Below, piece after piece: positions 10,851-23,941 of a stretch of 64,000 nucleotides of DNA. Numbering within the stretch: the stretch's first letter is position 1; the number at the start of each line of letters is the position of its first letter. The stretch comes from an uncultured Planctomycetota bacterium. Its GTDB lineage: Bacteria > Planctomycetota > Planctomycetia > Isosphaerales > Isosphaeraceae. The notes below the pieces were generated by a model. That model had not been told where the DNA came from. It made no database searches and saw only the letters and a program-made list of their open reading frames with translations. Where the stretch lies: contig CAWJTV010000030.1 in assembly GCA_963845755.1 (NCBI GenBank), positions 1-64,000 on the forward strand, given 5' to 3'. Both the position numbers and the translations under genes were made by a program.

Positions 10851-11723
10851 ATGGACGTCCGAACGACCACAATCTCCCCGCGGCCCGAGAACCCCAGGGG
10901 CGCGCGTATGCTGATCGATCCCGGAGAGTTGCGGTCGGTCCTCTCGAGCTTGAGTCATGAGCTCTGCCGACCGCTCATCTCGCTAAAAGCTGGTTTCGAC
11001 TTGCTTCTAGACGAGTCGACGACGACATTCACTTCGGATCAGCGGGGTCATCTGCTGACCATGGTGGGCCTCTGCGATGACCTGCTGCGCCTGACGCGGA
11101 GTTATCTCGACTATGCCGGGATCGTCCAGGGCTCCCGGCCGCTCTGTCTGGGGAGCTTCACCATCGGCGCCTTGATCCACGAGATCGATCGCCAGTTCGC
11201 ACCAATCGCCTCCACCCGGCAAGTCCACTGGGACGCCCATGCCGGATCCCCCGAGACCGTGGTGGTCACCGACGCCACGCGCTGCCAGCAGATCGTGGGC
11301 AACCTGGTCTCGAACGCCCTGAAGTACACCCCGATGGGAGGCACGGTGCGCGTTATTGGTAAGGCAACAGCCGATCTCTGGTCGGTGACCGTCTCCGACT
11401 CGGGACCGGGCATCCCCGCCGAGGCCCACGAGATGGTCTTCGAGCCCTTCTTCCGATTGGCCCGTGACGACCAGTCCGGCATCGAAGGCAATGGTCTGGG
11501 ACTGGCAATCTGTCGCGAACTCGTGACGCAACTTCACGGGGAGATCGAACTGTCGTCCACGGTGGGCTACGGAACGTCGGTCTCGGTCCGGTTCCCCCTC
11601 AGCTCGGATTTGCACCCACCGCACGCCTCTCCCGGCGCGACGAACTCCGCATCGGCCAAAGTGCGAAACGCGACCGACGCCGCAGGCCAGGTGCATGGGC
11701 GGTCGCAACGCCGCAAGCGTTGA
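10851..11723 (+). CDS. Cytoplasmic sensor histidine kinase (HisKA + HATPase)
   Basis: LSHELCRP H-box, NLVSNALKYT, DSGPGI, GNGLGL. Confidence 0.9.
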   Translation: MDVRTTTISPRPENPRGARMLIDPGELRSVLSSLSHELCRPLISLKAGFDLLLDESTTTFTSDQRGHLLTMVGLCDDLLRLTRSYLDYAGIVQGSRPLCLGSFTIGALIHEIDRQFAPIASTRQVHWDAHAGSPETVVVTDATRCQQIVGNLVSNALKYTPMGGTVRVIGKATADLWSVTVSDSGPGIPAEAHEMVFEPFFRLARDDQSGIEGNGLGLAICRELVTQLHGEIELSSTVGYGTSVSVRFPLSSDLHPPHASPGATNSASAKVRNATDAAGQVHGRSQRRKR

Positions 11724-11896
11724 CGCCAACCCAGCTGCTCTCAGATTCTCCCATCGACAATGCCCGGGCGCTTGGCCGGCCGGTGCGAATGCGTCGAGGA
11801 TCTCCAAGTGAGGTCGGAGCGGTTGTACGTCCAGCACCAATTCTGGATCTGGTGACCTGAATCGCTCCCTCCCCGATCTCCCTGGCTCCCGGATTC

Positions 11897-12496
11897 TCAG
11901 CGAACCTGCGAGGCGGGCTCGCCGGCCCTGTTGGCGACCGGCGTCCACTGGAGCGGGCCGGCGAAGAACGTGTGGTGATCCAGGTCCTCGTCGAGGCGGA
12001 GACTCGACCGATCCGTCGCGGTGTCCGAGGGGACCACCGTCTCCGACTCGAACGAGCTCTCTTGCCCCGGAGGGGCCGGTTCGATCTGGCCGGGAATCCT
12101 GGCGACCGGAGGCTTACGGCGCTTCGGTGCGGATCGACCCGCCGGCAGAGTTCTGGGACCGACCCCGTCATCCACGAAATCGCCCCCGCCGCCTTGACGG
12201 GAGCGCGCTCGTACCCCCGGCTCCAGGCCGCGATCGCTGACGAGGTTCCGTGCGTTGTCCAACTGGGCAGTCAGATCGCCATTGTCGAGTTGTTCTTGGA
12301 CGAGGCGATCCTCCATGACGCGGTTTTCCTGCTGCAACTTCGCCATGTCCCGCTTCAACCGGCCGTTCTCATACTCCAGATGACTCACGCTGGTCTTGAG
12401 CTGTCCGACCGTCGGGCCTCCGGAAAGGAACGTCCCTCGACCGGAACAGCCCCACTGGGCATTCAGACCGGCAAGGCTCAGGACCACGAGAGCCAT
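11897..12496 (-). CDS. Hypothetical coiled-coil protein, possible lipoprotein (start uncertain)
   Basis: Hydrophobic stretch then WGCSG; heptad pattern LEYENGRLKRDMAKLQQEN. Confidence 0.55.
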   Translation of the reverse strand: MALVVLSLAGLNAQWGCSGRGTFLSGGPTVGQLKTSVSHLEYENGRLKRDMAKLQQENRVMEDRLVQEQLDNGDLTAQLDNARNLVSDRGLEPGVRARSRQGGGGDFVDDGVGPRTLPAGRSAPKRRKPPVARIPGQIEPAPPGQESSFESETVVPSDTATDRSSLRLDEDLDHHTFFAGPLQWTPVANRAGEPASQVR

Positions 12497-12719
12497 CCCG
12501 GACGTGGAAGACTTGCGGCATGACCGTGGCGCAATCCCGGTACCGACATGGCCCGGGCGCGGGTTGGAATCGGATTGATGCACGCGTCCCGACGACACGA
12601 GTTTCTTCTCCCCCTGGTGCTCGGGGAAAGGCTTCGAATAGAAGGCTGGAGGCGCAATCAAGGACAGGACAGCTCCGGCTGAGCCCTCACCCTTTCGAAG
12701 CCTTCCCCTTCTATCTTCG

Positions 12720-13097
12720 TCAATTTGACCAGTGAGAATTGGGAAAGCCTTCCGTGGTTTTCGCCGCATAGTTGGGAGGAGGTCGATCCTCGTTCAGGTC
12801 GCTCGGGTTGGGTGGGTCTTGCGGGGGTTGAACGGTCCGAAGCCGCCGAATGGCGAAGATCACGGTCGTCACCAGGATGGTGGCCACCGAGCCGACGAGG
12901 GCGCTGATCAGGATCACGACCCCGGTCGAGCTGGTCAATTTGCCCAGCCCGAAAGGGAACTTCACGGTGACCTGATCGTTGTTGGCCAGGATGAACCAGA
13001 GCATCAACCCCAGCAGAATGGCCGTGCCGATCAAACGCCGATACACCCAGAAGTTGCGAATGATGGCCAGCTTGCGTCTCTTGTATTGATAAGCCAT
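12720..13097 (-). CDS. LapA / DUF1049-like small membrane protein
   Basis: Two TM helices flanking FILANNDQVTVKFPFG. Confidence 0.7.
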   Translation of the reverse strand: MAYQYKRRKLAIIRNFWVYRRLIGTAILLGLMLWFILANNDQVTVKFPFGLGKLTSSTGVVILISALVGSVATILVTTVIFAIRRLRTVQPPQDPPNPSDLNEDRPPPNYAAKTTEGFPNSHWSN

Positions 13098-13200
13098 GAG
13101 TCTACTCCGGCTGTGGGAGCCGAGGAATCGCCACGTCTCCGACGCGGGAAGGATCGAGCACTTCGACCGACTGTGACGCCACGACGCGATCGCTCGGATG

Positions 13201-14151
13201 TTAACCTGGGTCCGGTACGTTAACCCCCAGTAACCACCAGAATATCATCGCGAGCGTTCTGAAGTACGTGGCCGCCCATTTCACCCAGAAAACTGGCCAT
13301 ACGAACAGTAAACTGGCCGCCGCCATGCTGAGGTAGGGCCCTAAAGGCATTTCGCGATCGCTGCTGGATAATTGGCCTCCGCGCAGCCGTTTCTGGACAT
13401 AGGCGATCAACTTCCATGCCGCATGCACGATTCCGAAGAACGAGGAGAAGAAGAAGGCGAGCACCGCCGCTTGCCACCCCATGAACGCTCCGATCATGCC
13501 GAGGAGGTCCACATCGCCGATACCCATCGCTTCGCGCCTGAGGATGAATCCGGCGGACAATCGGACGAACTGCGTCAGACCGGCACCGACCAGGAACCCG
13601 ACCAGCCCCACGCCGAAGCCCTGGAGATGGGTCATGGCGACCGCGGGCAACGGCCGGATTCCCGGGTAGATCGTACCCATCCCGATGGCGAAGACGAGGC
13701 CGATCAGGGTGATCTCGCGAGGGATGATCATCAGGTCGTAGTCGATGAACGTCGCGACCACGAGCAATGCCAGGAACGTCGCGTGGTAGGCAGCCGCGAT
13801 CAGTCGGTCCGCGGCAACCCAACTGCCCCCCCCCGGACCGGTCGCCACGTCGAGGACATACGCTCCGAGGAAGAGCAGACCAACCAGGGCCTCGATCATC
13901 GGGTAGCGGATCGCGATCGGTTCGCCGCACTGCCGGCACTCACCCCGCAGGGCGATCCAGCTCACGATCGGGATATTGTCCCGCGCCGAGATCGCCGACC
14001 AGCAGCGCGTACATCGCGAACCCGGCCAGATGACGCTCTTCTGCCAGGGAATCCGGTAGATGCAGACGTTCAGGAAGCTGCCCACGACCGTCCCGATCAG
14101 GAAGAATCCGAGGCCCAGTGCCACCGAGGTCGGCCAGGTGAGGTAGATCAT
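13201..14151 (-). CDS. pilD: Prepilin peptidase (A24)
   Basis: GSFLNVCIYRIP, two CxxC pairs, FIDYD, MGIGDV, PLGPYL. Confidence 0.92.
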   Translation of the reverse strand: MIYLTWPTSVALGLGFFLIGTVVGSFLNVCIYRIPWQKSVIWPGSRCTRCWSAISARDNIPIVSWIALRGECRQCGEPIAIRYPMIEALVGLLFLGAYVLDVATGPGGGSWVAADRLIAAAYHATFLALLVVATFIDYDLMIIPREITLIGLVFAIGMGTIYPGIRPLPAVAMTHLQGFGVGLVGFLVGAGLTQFVRLSAGFILRREAMGIGDVDLLGMIGAFMGWQAAVLAFFFSSFFGIVHAAWKLIAYVQKRLRGGQLSSSDREMPLGPYLSMAAASLLFVWPVFWVKWAATYFRTLAMIFWWLLGVNVPDPG

Positions 14152-14208
14152 GGCGAGATTCCGGCCAGGCGAGAGGGATTCCAAACCCGCGGGTTCGGTA
14201 GGAGATGC

Positions 14209-14763
14209 TCAAGGTTTCCAGAGTTCCAGGATGGCGTCGGCCACCTCGTCCGGGCTTCTTTCCCCGGTCTCGACGACCGCGTCGGCCGACTCCTGATACA
14301 GGGGAATCCGCGCCTCGAGCACCGGGACGATCTCATCGAGGGTCCCGGCGTTGGTCAAGGCGGGCCGTTCGGCCAGGCCGCGTATGTCGGCTTCGAGGCG
14401 GCGAGCCAACTCCGACGGATGGGCCTTCAACCAGACCACGAGACCAAAGTCACGCAGGCGCTGACGATTGGTCTCCCGCAGCACGGCGCCACCCCCGGTG
14501 GCCAGAATGATCTCCGGACGACCCGCCGTCAACTCAGCCAGGATCTGTTCTTCCCAGTCGCGAAAGGCCGATTCGCCGCTCTCGGAAAAGATCGCGCGGA
14601 TCGATAGGCCGGCGCGCGCCTCGATTTCCCGGTCGCAATCCCGGAAGCTCCGTTTCAACCGACGGGCCAGGATCCGCCCTACCGTCAACTTACCAGTGCC
14701 TCGGAATCCGATCAACGCCAACCCAGGACCGTGTGGCGAGGACCGCGTCAGTTCGGATGTCAT
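14209..14763 (-). CDS. aroK: Shikimate kinase
   Basis: LIGFRGTGK, GESAFRDWE, ATGGG, RP lid, RIPLYQE. Confidence 0.93.
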   Translation of the reverse strand: MTSELTRSSPHGPGLALIGFRGTGKLTVGRILARRLKRSFRDCDREIEARAGLSIRAIFSESGESAFRDWEEQILAELTAGRPEIILATGGGAVLRETNRQRLRDFGLVVWLKAHPSELARRLEADIRGLAERPALTNAGTLDEIVPVLEARIPLYQESADAVVETGERSPDEVADAILELWKP

Positions 14764-16264
14764 GCGTCGTCGCGCAGGGGCCTGAGCTTCCGGTAGAGCA
14801 CATCACGCATCACCTCTACGGGGGCCTCGAGCCCGGTGTAGAGCTTGAACTGGAGCGCCGCCTGCCGGAGGAACATGTCCAAGCCCGTGACCACCGCTGC
14901 CCCGCGCTCGCGCGCAGCTTGAGCAGCATCGTGTTCTCGGGATGATAGATCGTGTCGAACGCGACCATTCCCGCCCGGTTGAACGCCCCGGGCGGAAGCG
15001 GCGTGTCATCCACGTTCGGATGCATGCCAACAGGCGTGGCATTAATGATGACGTCCGCCGGTGTACTGGAACGTGCGGACCAGGTAATGGCGCGGCAGCC
15101 GGCCTCCTCGGCCAGACGGGTGGCCCGGTCGTCGTGACGATTGGCGATCGTAACGCTGGCTCCGCGCCGGACCAGACCGAAGGCGATCGCGCGGGCGACC
15201 CCTCCGGCGCCCAGGATCAGGACTTGCTTCTCGAAGAGGGGGCTGGCGTCCTCCTCGCTGGTGTGCCCGGCGATGGCGGTTTCGAGAGAATCCATCGCCG
15301 CGCGATAGTCGGTGTTGTAGCCGATCCGGCGACCGTCGTGTTGAAAGACGACTGTATTGCAGGTCCCGGTGCGTTCGACGGCCCCCTCCTTCTGCTGGAG
15401 GAGCGGAACGAGCGCCTCCTTGTGAGGGATGGTCACGCTGCACCCCTTGATGTCCAGCCACAGGAACTCCTTGAAGAACGCGGGGAGTTCGCCATTGGGC
15501 ACGTGGAACGGCGCCATGACCTTGTTCAAGCCGAGGTGACGAAATGCGGCGTTGTGTACGGCCGGACTGAGGCTCTGCTCGATCGGGTCGCCGACGACGC
15601 CGTAGACCTCGGATTCGGCGTTGATCTCGTCATAGCGATAATCCTTCTGGAGCTCCTTGTAATGGATCATCCCGGCGGCGAAGACTCGCTCCGGATTGAA
15701 CCCGGCATAGGTGAACGGCGCCCCGAATTTGGCCCCGAGGATACGCGTGAACATGCCGAGCTCGCCCATGGCGATGGTGATGGTCGGCGCCTTGGCGGTG
15801 ACTCCCAGGTGCAGGATCCGCGAGGCCTCGGCCAGGTTCGACGCGGTCGTGGCGATCTTGACGACGTCCGGATCGAATTCCTCGCAGTTCTCGGCGATAT
15901 CCTGGACGTCGACCGGCGTGGACTTCATGTTGTGGTAGCTGATGATCCGCTTGGTCTTGCCGAACCGGCGGATCTTGGTCGCGATGTCCATCTCCAGGTC
16001 GATATAGTCGACCCCCAACGCGACGGCCTCGCGGATCAATTGTTGGCGTTTGTCCTCGTTTCCGCGCCATAGGCCGCCATCCACGCCGCGCCGGATCGTG
16101 AAGACCATGGGCGTCGGACGGTCCTTGAGGATCCGCTTCAGCTCCGGCTCGCGGCGGAGGCAGTCGATGCGCAGCTCGACGAGATCGACGCCGGCCTCGG
16201 CCGCTTCCTTCCATTCCTCGGCCAAAGAGGAATGCCGCCCTCGCCCGATGGTCACGCAGATCAT
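14760..16264 (-). CDS. aroDE: Bifunctional type I 3-dehydroquinate dehydratase / shikimate dehydrogenase (frameshift near the 3' end)
   Basis: VELRID and ISYHN (AroD), then SLSPAVHN, VTIPHK, NTD, GAGGVA, NATPVG (AroE); reconstructed TGA overlaps the aroK ATG. Confidence 0.92.
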
Positions 16265-16481
16265 CGCCCGATACGCCCCTAACGCGAGGCGCCCCCTGAT
16301 GGATGCTCGAACAGCCCATTCGCAACCGAGTGATTTGGATTGCGCCGGCTCATCCGATTCTACGACAGTCGGATGGACCGATGAAAGGGGGCGTTGAATT
16401 CGGAGAAGGCGCTGCTCCCGCTTCGATTCATCCCAATCCAATAGGAGATGGTCGATCCTTCCAACGGATTCTTCGCCGCTC

Positions 16482-18541
16482 TCAAATACGCCCAAACTGC
16501 TTTTCAAGATCGGCCGTGGTGAAGATTAGGGCCGTCGGCCGGCCGTGGGGGCAGTGGTGCGAGTCGGCCACGAGGTGCCGTCGCTCCAGCAGCGCGGCGA
16601 TCTCCGGAGGAGAGAGCGGCTGGCCCGCCTTGATCGCCGCTTTGCAGGCAACCATGTGCAGCAGCTCGGCCAGTAAGCCGTCGCGCGTCGGCGGCAAGGG
16701 GCGGGTTCGGAGGTGTTCGGCCAGGTCGCGGACCAATCGCTCGGGGACGACGTGCGGGAGCATGGCCGGTAGGCTTCGCACCAGAACCGTATCGCCGCCG
16801 AAGGGCTCGACCTCCAGCCCGAGCCGGGCCAGGACCTCGGCCTGCTCCAGCACCGCCGCGGCCTCGGCGGCCGGCAGGTCCACCGGCTCGGGGACCAGCA
16901 GCCGCTGCGACTCCACCTGGCCCTGGGCCACGCGCGTCCGCAGCTCCTCGTAGAGGATCCGTTCGTGCAGCGCGTGCTGGTCGATGACCATCATGCCATC
17001 GCCCGTCTCGGCGATCAGGTAACTGTCGTGAACCTGAATGGCCTTGAGCGGGGCCTGCCAGATGTCGGGCGAAGGCATTTGAGGGCGGTCGATCGGGGGA
17101 TGGAGCACCGTCCCTACCACCGCCGGCCCCTCCGATCGGGATTCCTCTCCTCCGACGTCCGTCCAGGCGGTCGCGACTGATCCGACACTCATCCTCGGCG
17201 GGTTCCCGTCCGTTGAAGGCATCGATGCGGTTGCGGAGAATTCGTCGAATGATTCGCCCGTCCCGACCGCGATCTCCCCGGGCAACGATTGAGCCCAGGC
17301 GCGCGGCACCGGCTGCCCGACCGAGTCGGGCACCTGGGGCCGAGGCTTGCTCGGCTCGAACCAGGACGCGACGGTCTGCCGATCGGCCGGCCCACCGACC
17401 AGGTCGAGCCGCCCCAGACTCGAACGCGAGCCGACTTCCATCGAGTTCCCGGCCTCGGTCCGCGGCTCGGCGGCCATCCCAGCCCGGGGCGCCGCCGGTT
17501 GCGCTCGGCCGCGGCTCCCGGTTCGGGATTCGCTTGCAATCGCGAGTGCAGGTCGCACTTCAAGAAGGTCTGGCGGAGGGTCGCCAGAAGATGACTGTAG
17601 ATGCGATTCGAGTCGCGGAACCGCACTTCCACCTTCGTCGGATGGACATTGACGTCAACTTCCTCCGGCGGGAGATCGAGGTTGAGGAACGCCACGGGCA
17701 TCCGGCCGACCATCAGCAGGCCGCGATAGGCTTCGTTCAACGCATGGCTGAGCGATCGATCCCGAACGTAACGGCCGCCCAGGAACAGGTATTGTCCCTT
17801 GGCCGTCAACCGGCTCTGCGACGGGTGGGCGGCGTACCCCCACAGATGCATCTCGTCCAGCCGGCCTTCCACCCAGAGCAGCGACTCGGCGAGTTCTCGA
17901 CCGAAGAACACCGCGATCCGCTCGCGAGTGCCCGGGGCCGGCGGCAGGTCGTGGATGATCTTGCCCCCCGACCGATACGTCAGATGGATCTCCGGGTGCG
18001 CCAGCGCGATCCGCGAGAACATCTCCACCACGTGGCCGGCTTCCGTCACGTCCGACTTGAGGAACGCCCGGCGCACCGGGACGTTGAAGAACAGGTTCCG
18101 GACCTCGATGACGCTCCCGACCGGGCAGCCGCACGCTTTGATCGCGCCGAAGGTACCCCCTTCGATGGAGAGCTCCGATCCTTCGCCCGCACCAGCCTGG
18201 CGCGTCTGGCAGCGGACCTTGGCGATCTCGGCGATCGCCGCCAGCGCCTCACCCCGGAACCCGAGCGTGTGGATCCGATATAAGTCGTCGGCCTCGGCCA
18301 ACTTGCTCGTCGCATGCGGATGGAAGGCGAGGACCAGATCATCCGGCGCCATCCCGATGCCGTTATCCGCTACCCGAACCAGATCCTTGCCGCCTCGTTC
18401 GACCGTCAGGTCGATGCGCGTGGCCTGGGCGTCGATGGCGTTCTCGAGCAGCTCCTTCACGACGCTCGACGGGCGTTCGACGACCTCTCCGGCCGCAATC
18501 TGATTGACGACCGCCGCGGGTAACTGGCGGATGATTCCCAT
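16482..18541 (-). CDS. mutL: DNA mismatch repair endonuclease MutL (frameshift near 17510)
   Basis: NQIAAGEVVERP, LGFRGEAL, DVNVHPTK; C-terminal DQHALHERI, ACKAAIK, CPHGRP. Confidence 0.95.
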
Positions 18542-19087
18542 CGCGAATGTCTCCTGAACCCATCATCCTCTCTATTATACAATGTGATCTTCCGTTCAGA
18601 AAAGAGCGCACCGAGACTCCATCGGATCTTCCCCACAAATCCACTCGTCCGATCCGGTGGCCGCAACACGATGCAATCGCCCGTCCGCGCCAACCTGGGG
18701 CCGGGAATCACAACGAGGAATCATCGCGATCCCCGTTCTGTCTCGACTTTTTCATGCAAGCGACCACCCAAGAGTCGTCGCGAGAGGAAAAAGCCGTCCC
18801 GAGCGCGGTCCAGGAACGGACTAGATACGCTACAATAAAATTGTGAATATTTATATATATCTTATATGTTATATGAGAGATGATGAGTCGAGGGTCGGTT
18901 CCCCACACCTGTTCCTCCACCTGTTCTCTGGAGCGCACCTCGTTCGCTACTCGGCCGGTATTCGCGCGGCGATCCGGCGCCGAGGTGGACCCAACTCATC
19001 CGAGAATCGCTCAGGATGATCGGCAAGACGCCCGAGCCGTCGGACCGATCCGATCGGGTGAAGATGCGGCGATGACGAGCCGGCACG

Positions 19088-20459
<1,372 letters not shown>

Positions 20460-20489
20460 CGGTCCGTTCTCGCGATCGATGAAGGGATC

Positions 20490-21431
20490 TCAGCCTTGCC
20501 CGGAGGATTGAGGGGACGACGAACCGTGTGGCGCGGCGGGACCGTCCGAGGGCGAGGACGTCGGCAGTTCCGCGGGGAGACGGATCGTGAACTGCGAGCC
20601 TTTTCCGGCCTCGCTCTGTACGTGGATCGTCCCGCCGTGGGCCTCGACGATCTTGCGGGTCGTCGGCAATCCCAGGCCGCTGCCGACCGACCGCGTGGAG
20701 AAGAACGCTTCGAAGATCCGGCTGCGGACCTCCTCGGTCATCCCGACTCCCGTATCGGTCACATCCAGGATGACCCAACGCCCCTCGCGCCGGGTCGTGA
20801 GGATCAGCTCGCCTCCCGAAGGCATGGCATGTTCGGCGTTGAGCACCAGGTTCAGCAGGGCCTGTTTGAACAGGTCGGCATCGAGGAGAGTGGGCGGGAG
20901 ATCGGCCACGAGCTGGGTCCACATCACGATGGACTTCGTCGCCGCGGTTGGCTCGTAGAAGTCGCGGATCTCCTCCACGATCTCGTTGAGGTCCACGTCC
21001 TCCAGCTTCAGGTCCTGGATGCGCGCGAAGCGGAGGAAGTTCTCGAGGATGCCCTGGAGCCGGAGGACTTCGTGCTGGAGCCGCTCGACACGCTGGCGGA
21101 CACGGCGGTCGCGCGGACTCTCGCCGTCCTGAAAATCCTCGGCCAGGAGATCCAGGTTCAACCGGACGGTGGAGAGGGGATTGCGAATCTCGTGCGCCAA
21201 TCCGCCTGCGAGCTGGGAGATCTCCGCATACTGGGCTCGGAGCCGCCGTGTGACTTCCCGTTCTTCGGTCAACTCGTCAGGTGTGGGAGTGGCCTGTTGC
21301 TGCGATTCGTGCACGGACGAGACGGAGGCGGGCGTCCCGGGCGCGGCCGATTCATCGGCCGCGGTGGCACCGGAGTTTGTCGGCGCCTTGACCGGAGCAT
21401 CCGAGACCGTGCTCGAGAGAAGGTTTGCCAT
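20490..21431 (-). CDS. Sensor histidine kinase, cognate to the NtrC-like regulator
   Basis: LAHEIRNPL, NLVLNA, DTGVGM, GSGLGL. Confidence 0.9.
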   Translation of the reverse strand: MANLLSSTVSDAPVKAPTNSGATAADESAAPGTPASVSSVHESQQQATPTPDELTEEREVTRRLRAQYAEISQLAGGLAHEIRNPLSTVRLNLDLLAEDFQDGESPRDRRVRQRVERLQHEVLRLQGILENFLRFARIQDLKLEDVDLNEIVEEIRDFYEPTAATKSIVMWTQLVADLPPTLLDADLFKQALLNLVLNAEHAMPSGGELILTTRREGRWVILDVTDTGVGMTEEVRSRIFEAFFSTRSVGSGLGLPTTRKIVEAHGGTIHVQSEAGKGSQFTIRLPAELPTSSPSDGPAAPHGSSSPQSSGQG

Positions 21432-21531
21432 GGGACATCTAGCCGGTAGCCGAACGAGGGTCGGGACAGCGCAACTGGCGGGATCGGTGCGAAGATTGGT
21501 GGACGCGCGCGAAGAGCGCGGTCCGTCTGGA

Positions 21532-23941
21532 TCAAGGTCGCGAAGGGCCGCGCGGGCCTCCTCGGTCGCGGTCCCGATCGCCGCCGTAACCGCCCCGATC
21601 TCGCTCGCGTTCACCCCCACTGGGACGTCGAGGCGGGGGACCGCCCGACGACGGCCCGCGTGGCTCGCCGCCGCTGAAACCCGCGCCCGGGGGTCGGGTG
21701 CGGCTGGCCAGCTCGTCGGGCTGGCCCCGCTCGGCCAGGGCGGCCTTCCGCGAGAGTTTCACACGGTCCTGATCGTCGATCGCGATCGCCTTGACCAGCA
21801 TGGGGTCGCCGATCCGGCAGACGTCCGCGACGCTCGAGACATAACCATCGGAGAGTTCGCTGATGTGCACCAATCCGTCCTTGCCGGGCAAAATCTCGAC
21901 GAACGCGCCGAATTCTTTGATCGAGGTCACGCGGCCTTCGTAGATCCGCCCGAGCTGCACGCCCTCGGTCATCGCCACGATCTTATCCCGCGCCGCCTCG
22001 GCACCGGCGGCCTCGGTGCTCGAGAGGGTCACGACGCCAGTGTCATCGATATCGATCTTGGCGCCGGTCTCCTCCTGGAGGCGGCGAATCGTCTTGCCGC
22101 CGGGTCCGATGATCATGCCGATCTTCTCGGGGTTGATCTGGATCTGGATCAGCCGTGGGGCGTTGGCCGAGATCTCCTCGCGCGGCCGCTTGATCGAGCG
22201 GAGCATCGCGCGGAGGATCTCAAGCCGCGCCTCGTGGGCCTGGTCGAGGGTCTCGCGGATAATTTGCTCGGTGATCCCCTGGTTCTTGAGGTCGAGCTGG
22301 ATGCCGGTGACCCCGCGCTGGGTGCCGGCTACTTTGAAGTCCATGTCGCCGAAGTGGTCCTCGTCGCCGATGATGTCGGTCAGCAGGATGTGGCGTCCGG
22401 CGGCCTCGTCCTGGACCAGCCCGATCGAGATCCCGCCGACCGGGTCGCTGATCGGCACGCCGGCATCCATCAGGCTGAGCGTCGCGCCGCAGACCGACGC
22501 CATCGAGCTGGACCCGTTGGACTCCAGGATGTCCGAAATCACGCGGATCGTGTACGGAAATCGGGAGGGCGGCGGTAGGATCGGTGCGACCGAGCGTTCG
22601 GCCAGGGCGCCATGGCCAATCTCGCGCCGGCCCGGACCGCGGATGGGACGAACCTCACCGACGGCGAACGACGGCATGTTGTAGTCGAGCATGAACTTCT
22701 TGCTGTATTCGTCCATGATTCCGTCGACCCGCTGCTCGTCGGCGCCGGTGCCCAGGACGGTCGTCACCAGGGCCTGCGTCTCACCCCGCTGGAAAACCGC
22801 CGAGCCGTGTGCGCGGGGGAGCAATCCCACCTCGCATTTGATCGACCTCAGGTCCCTGGGACCGCGGCCGTCCGGCCGCTTGCCGTCGAGGATCAGCTCG
22901 CGAACGACGCGCTCCTCGACCGAAGAAAAGGCCGCCTTGAGGCGTGCGACGGTGACGGGCGTGTCCGCCGGTATAGGACTCGGGGCGGCCTCACCCAACT
23001 CGTGCTCCGGGGCCCCTTCGACCGCAAGCGGCTCCGACTCGCCGCCGATTGCCGATGGCGGCGTTGACGGTGTCGAGTTCTCGCCCGGGACCAGCTCCTT
23101 GAGGATCGTGTCCAGGAGCGCGGCGTGTGGCGCTGTTCCGTTCCGCTTTCATCACGATCTGCTTGTGCTGCCGCAATTGGTCGCCGTAGCGTGCGTAGAT
23201 CGTCTCGCGGAGCGGGTCGGTCGTCGCGGCGCGGTGCTCCACCGTCGGCAGGCCCACCGCTTCGAGCAATTCCTTCTGGAGTGCGATAATTTCCTGGTTC
23301 AGCCGGTGCGCTTCCATGATGGCGTCGGCCATCTCGTCCTCGGGAAGCTCCTCGCCGAATCCCTCGATCATGACCACCGCCTTCTCGGTACTGGCGACGA
23401 CCAGGTCGAGGTCGCTGTTCTCCAACTCCTCCGCCGTGGGGAAGGCGACAAGCTGGCCGTCGACGCGGCCCAGCCGGACGCCGCCGATGGGGCCGAGGAA
23501 CGGCACCTGCGCCAGAACCAGCGAGGCCGAGGCCCCGATCATCGACAGCACGTCGGGGTCATTGGCCCGGTCGGCAGAGATCGGGCCCGCCTGGATCTGG
23601 ACCTCATCGCGATACGACTCGGGGAACAGCGGGCGAATCGGCCGGTCGATCAGCCGCGACGTCAGGATCTCCTTGGTGGTCGGCCGACCCTCGCGTTTGA
23701 TAAAACCCCCGGGGAATTTGCCGGCGGCATAGGTCTTCTCGCGGTAGTCGACCGTCAGGGGGAAGAAGTCGAGCCCCTCCCGTCCCGGCGCGGCGACGAC
23801 CGCCACCAGCGTCATCGTGTCACCGATGCGCACGACCACGGAAGCGCTGGCCTGCTTGGCCAGATGACCGGTCTCGATACTCAGGAGCTTGCCACCGATC
23901 GTTCGTTCGACAAGCTTGCGGGAAATCAAGGTGCTGGACAT
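21532..23941 (-). CDS. pnp: Polyribonucleotide nucleotidyltransferase (frameshift near 23125)
   Basis: FFPLTVDYRE, RREIGHG, SNGSSSMAS, DMDFKVAG, KH and S1 domains, downstream of rpsO. Confidence 0.97.
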
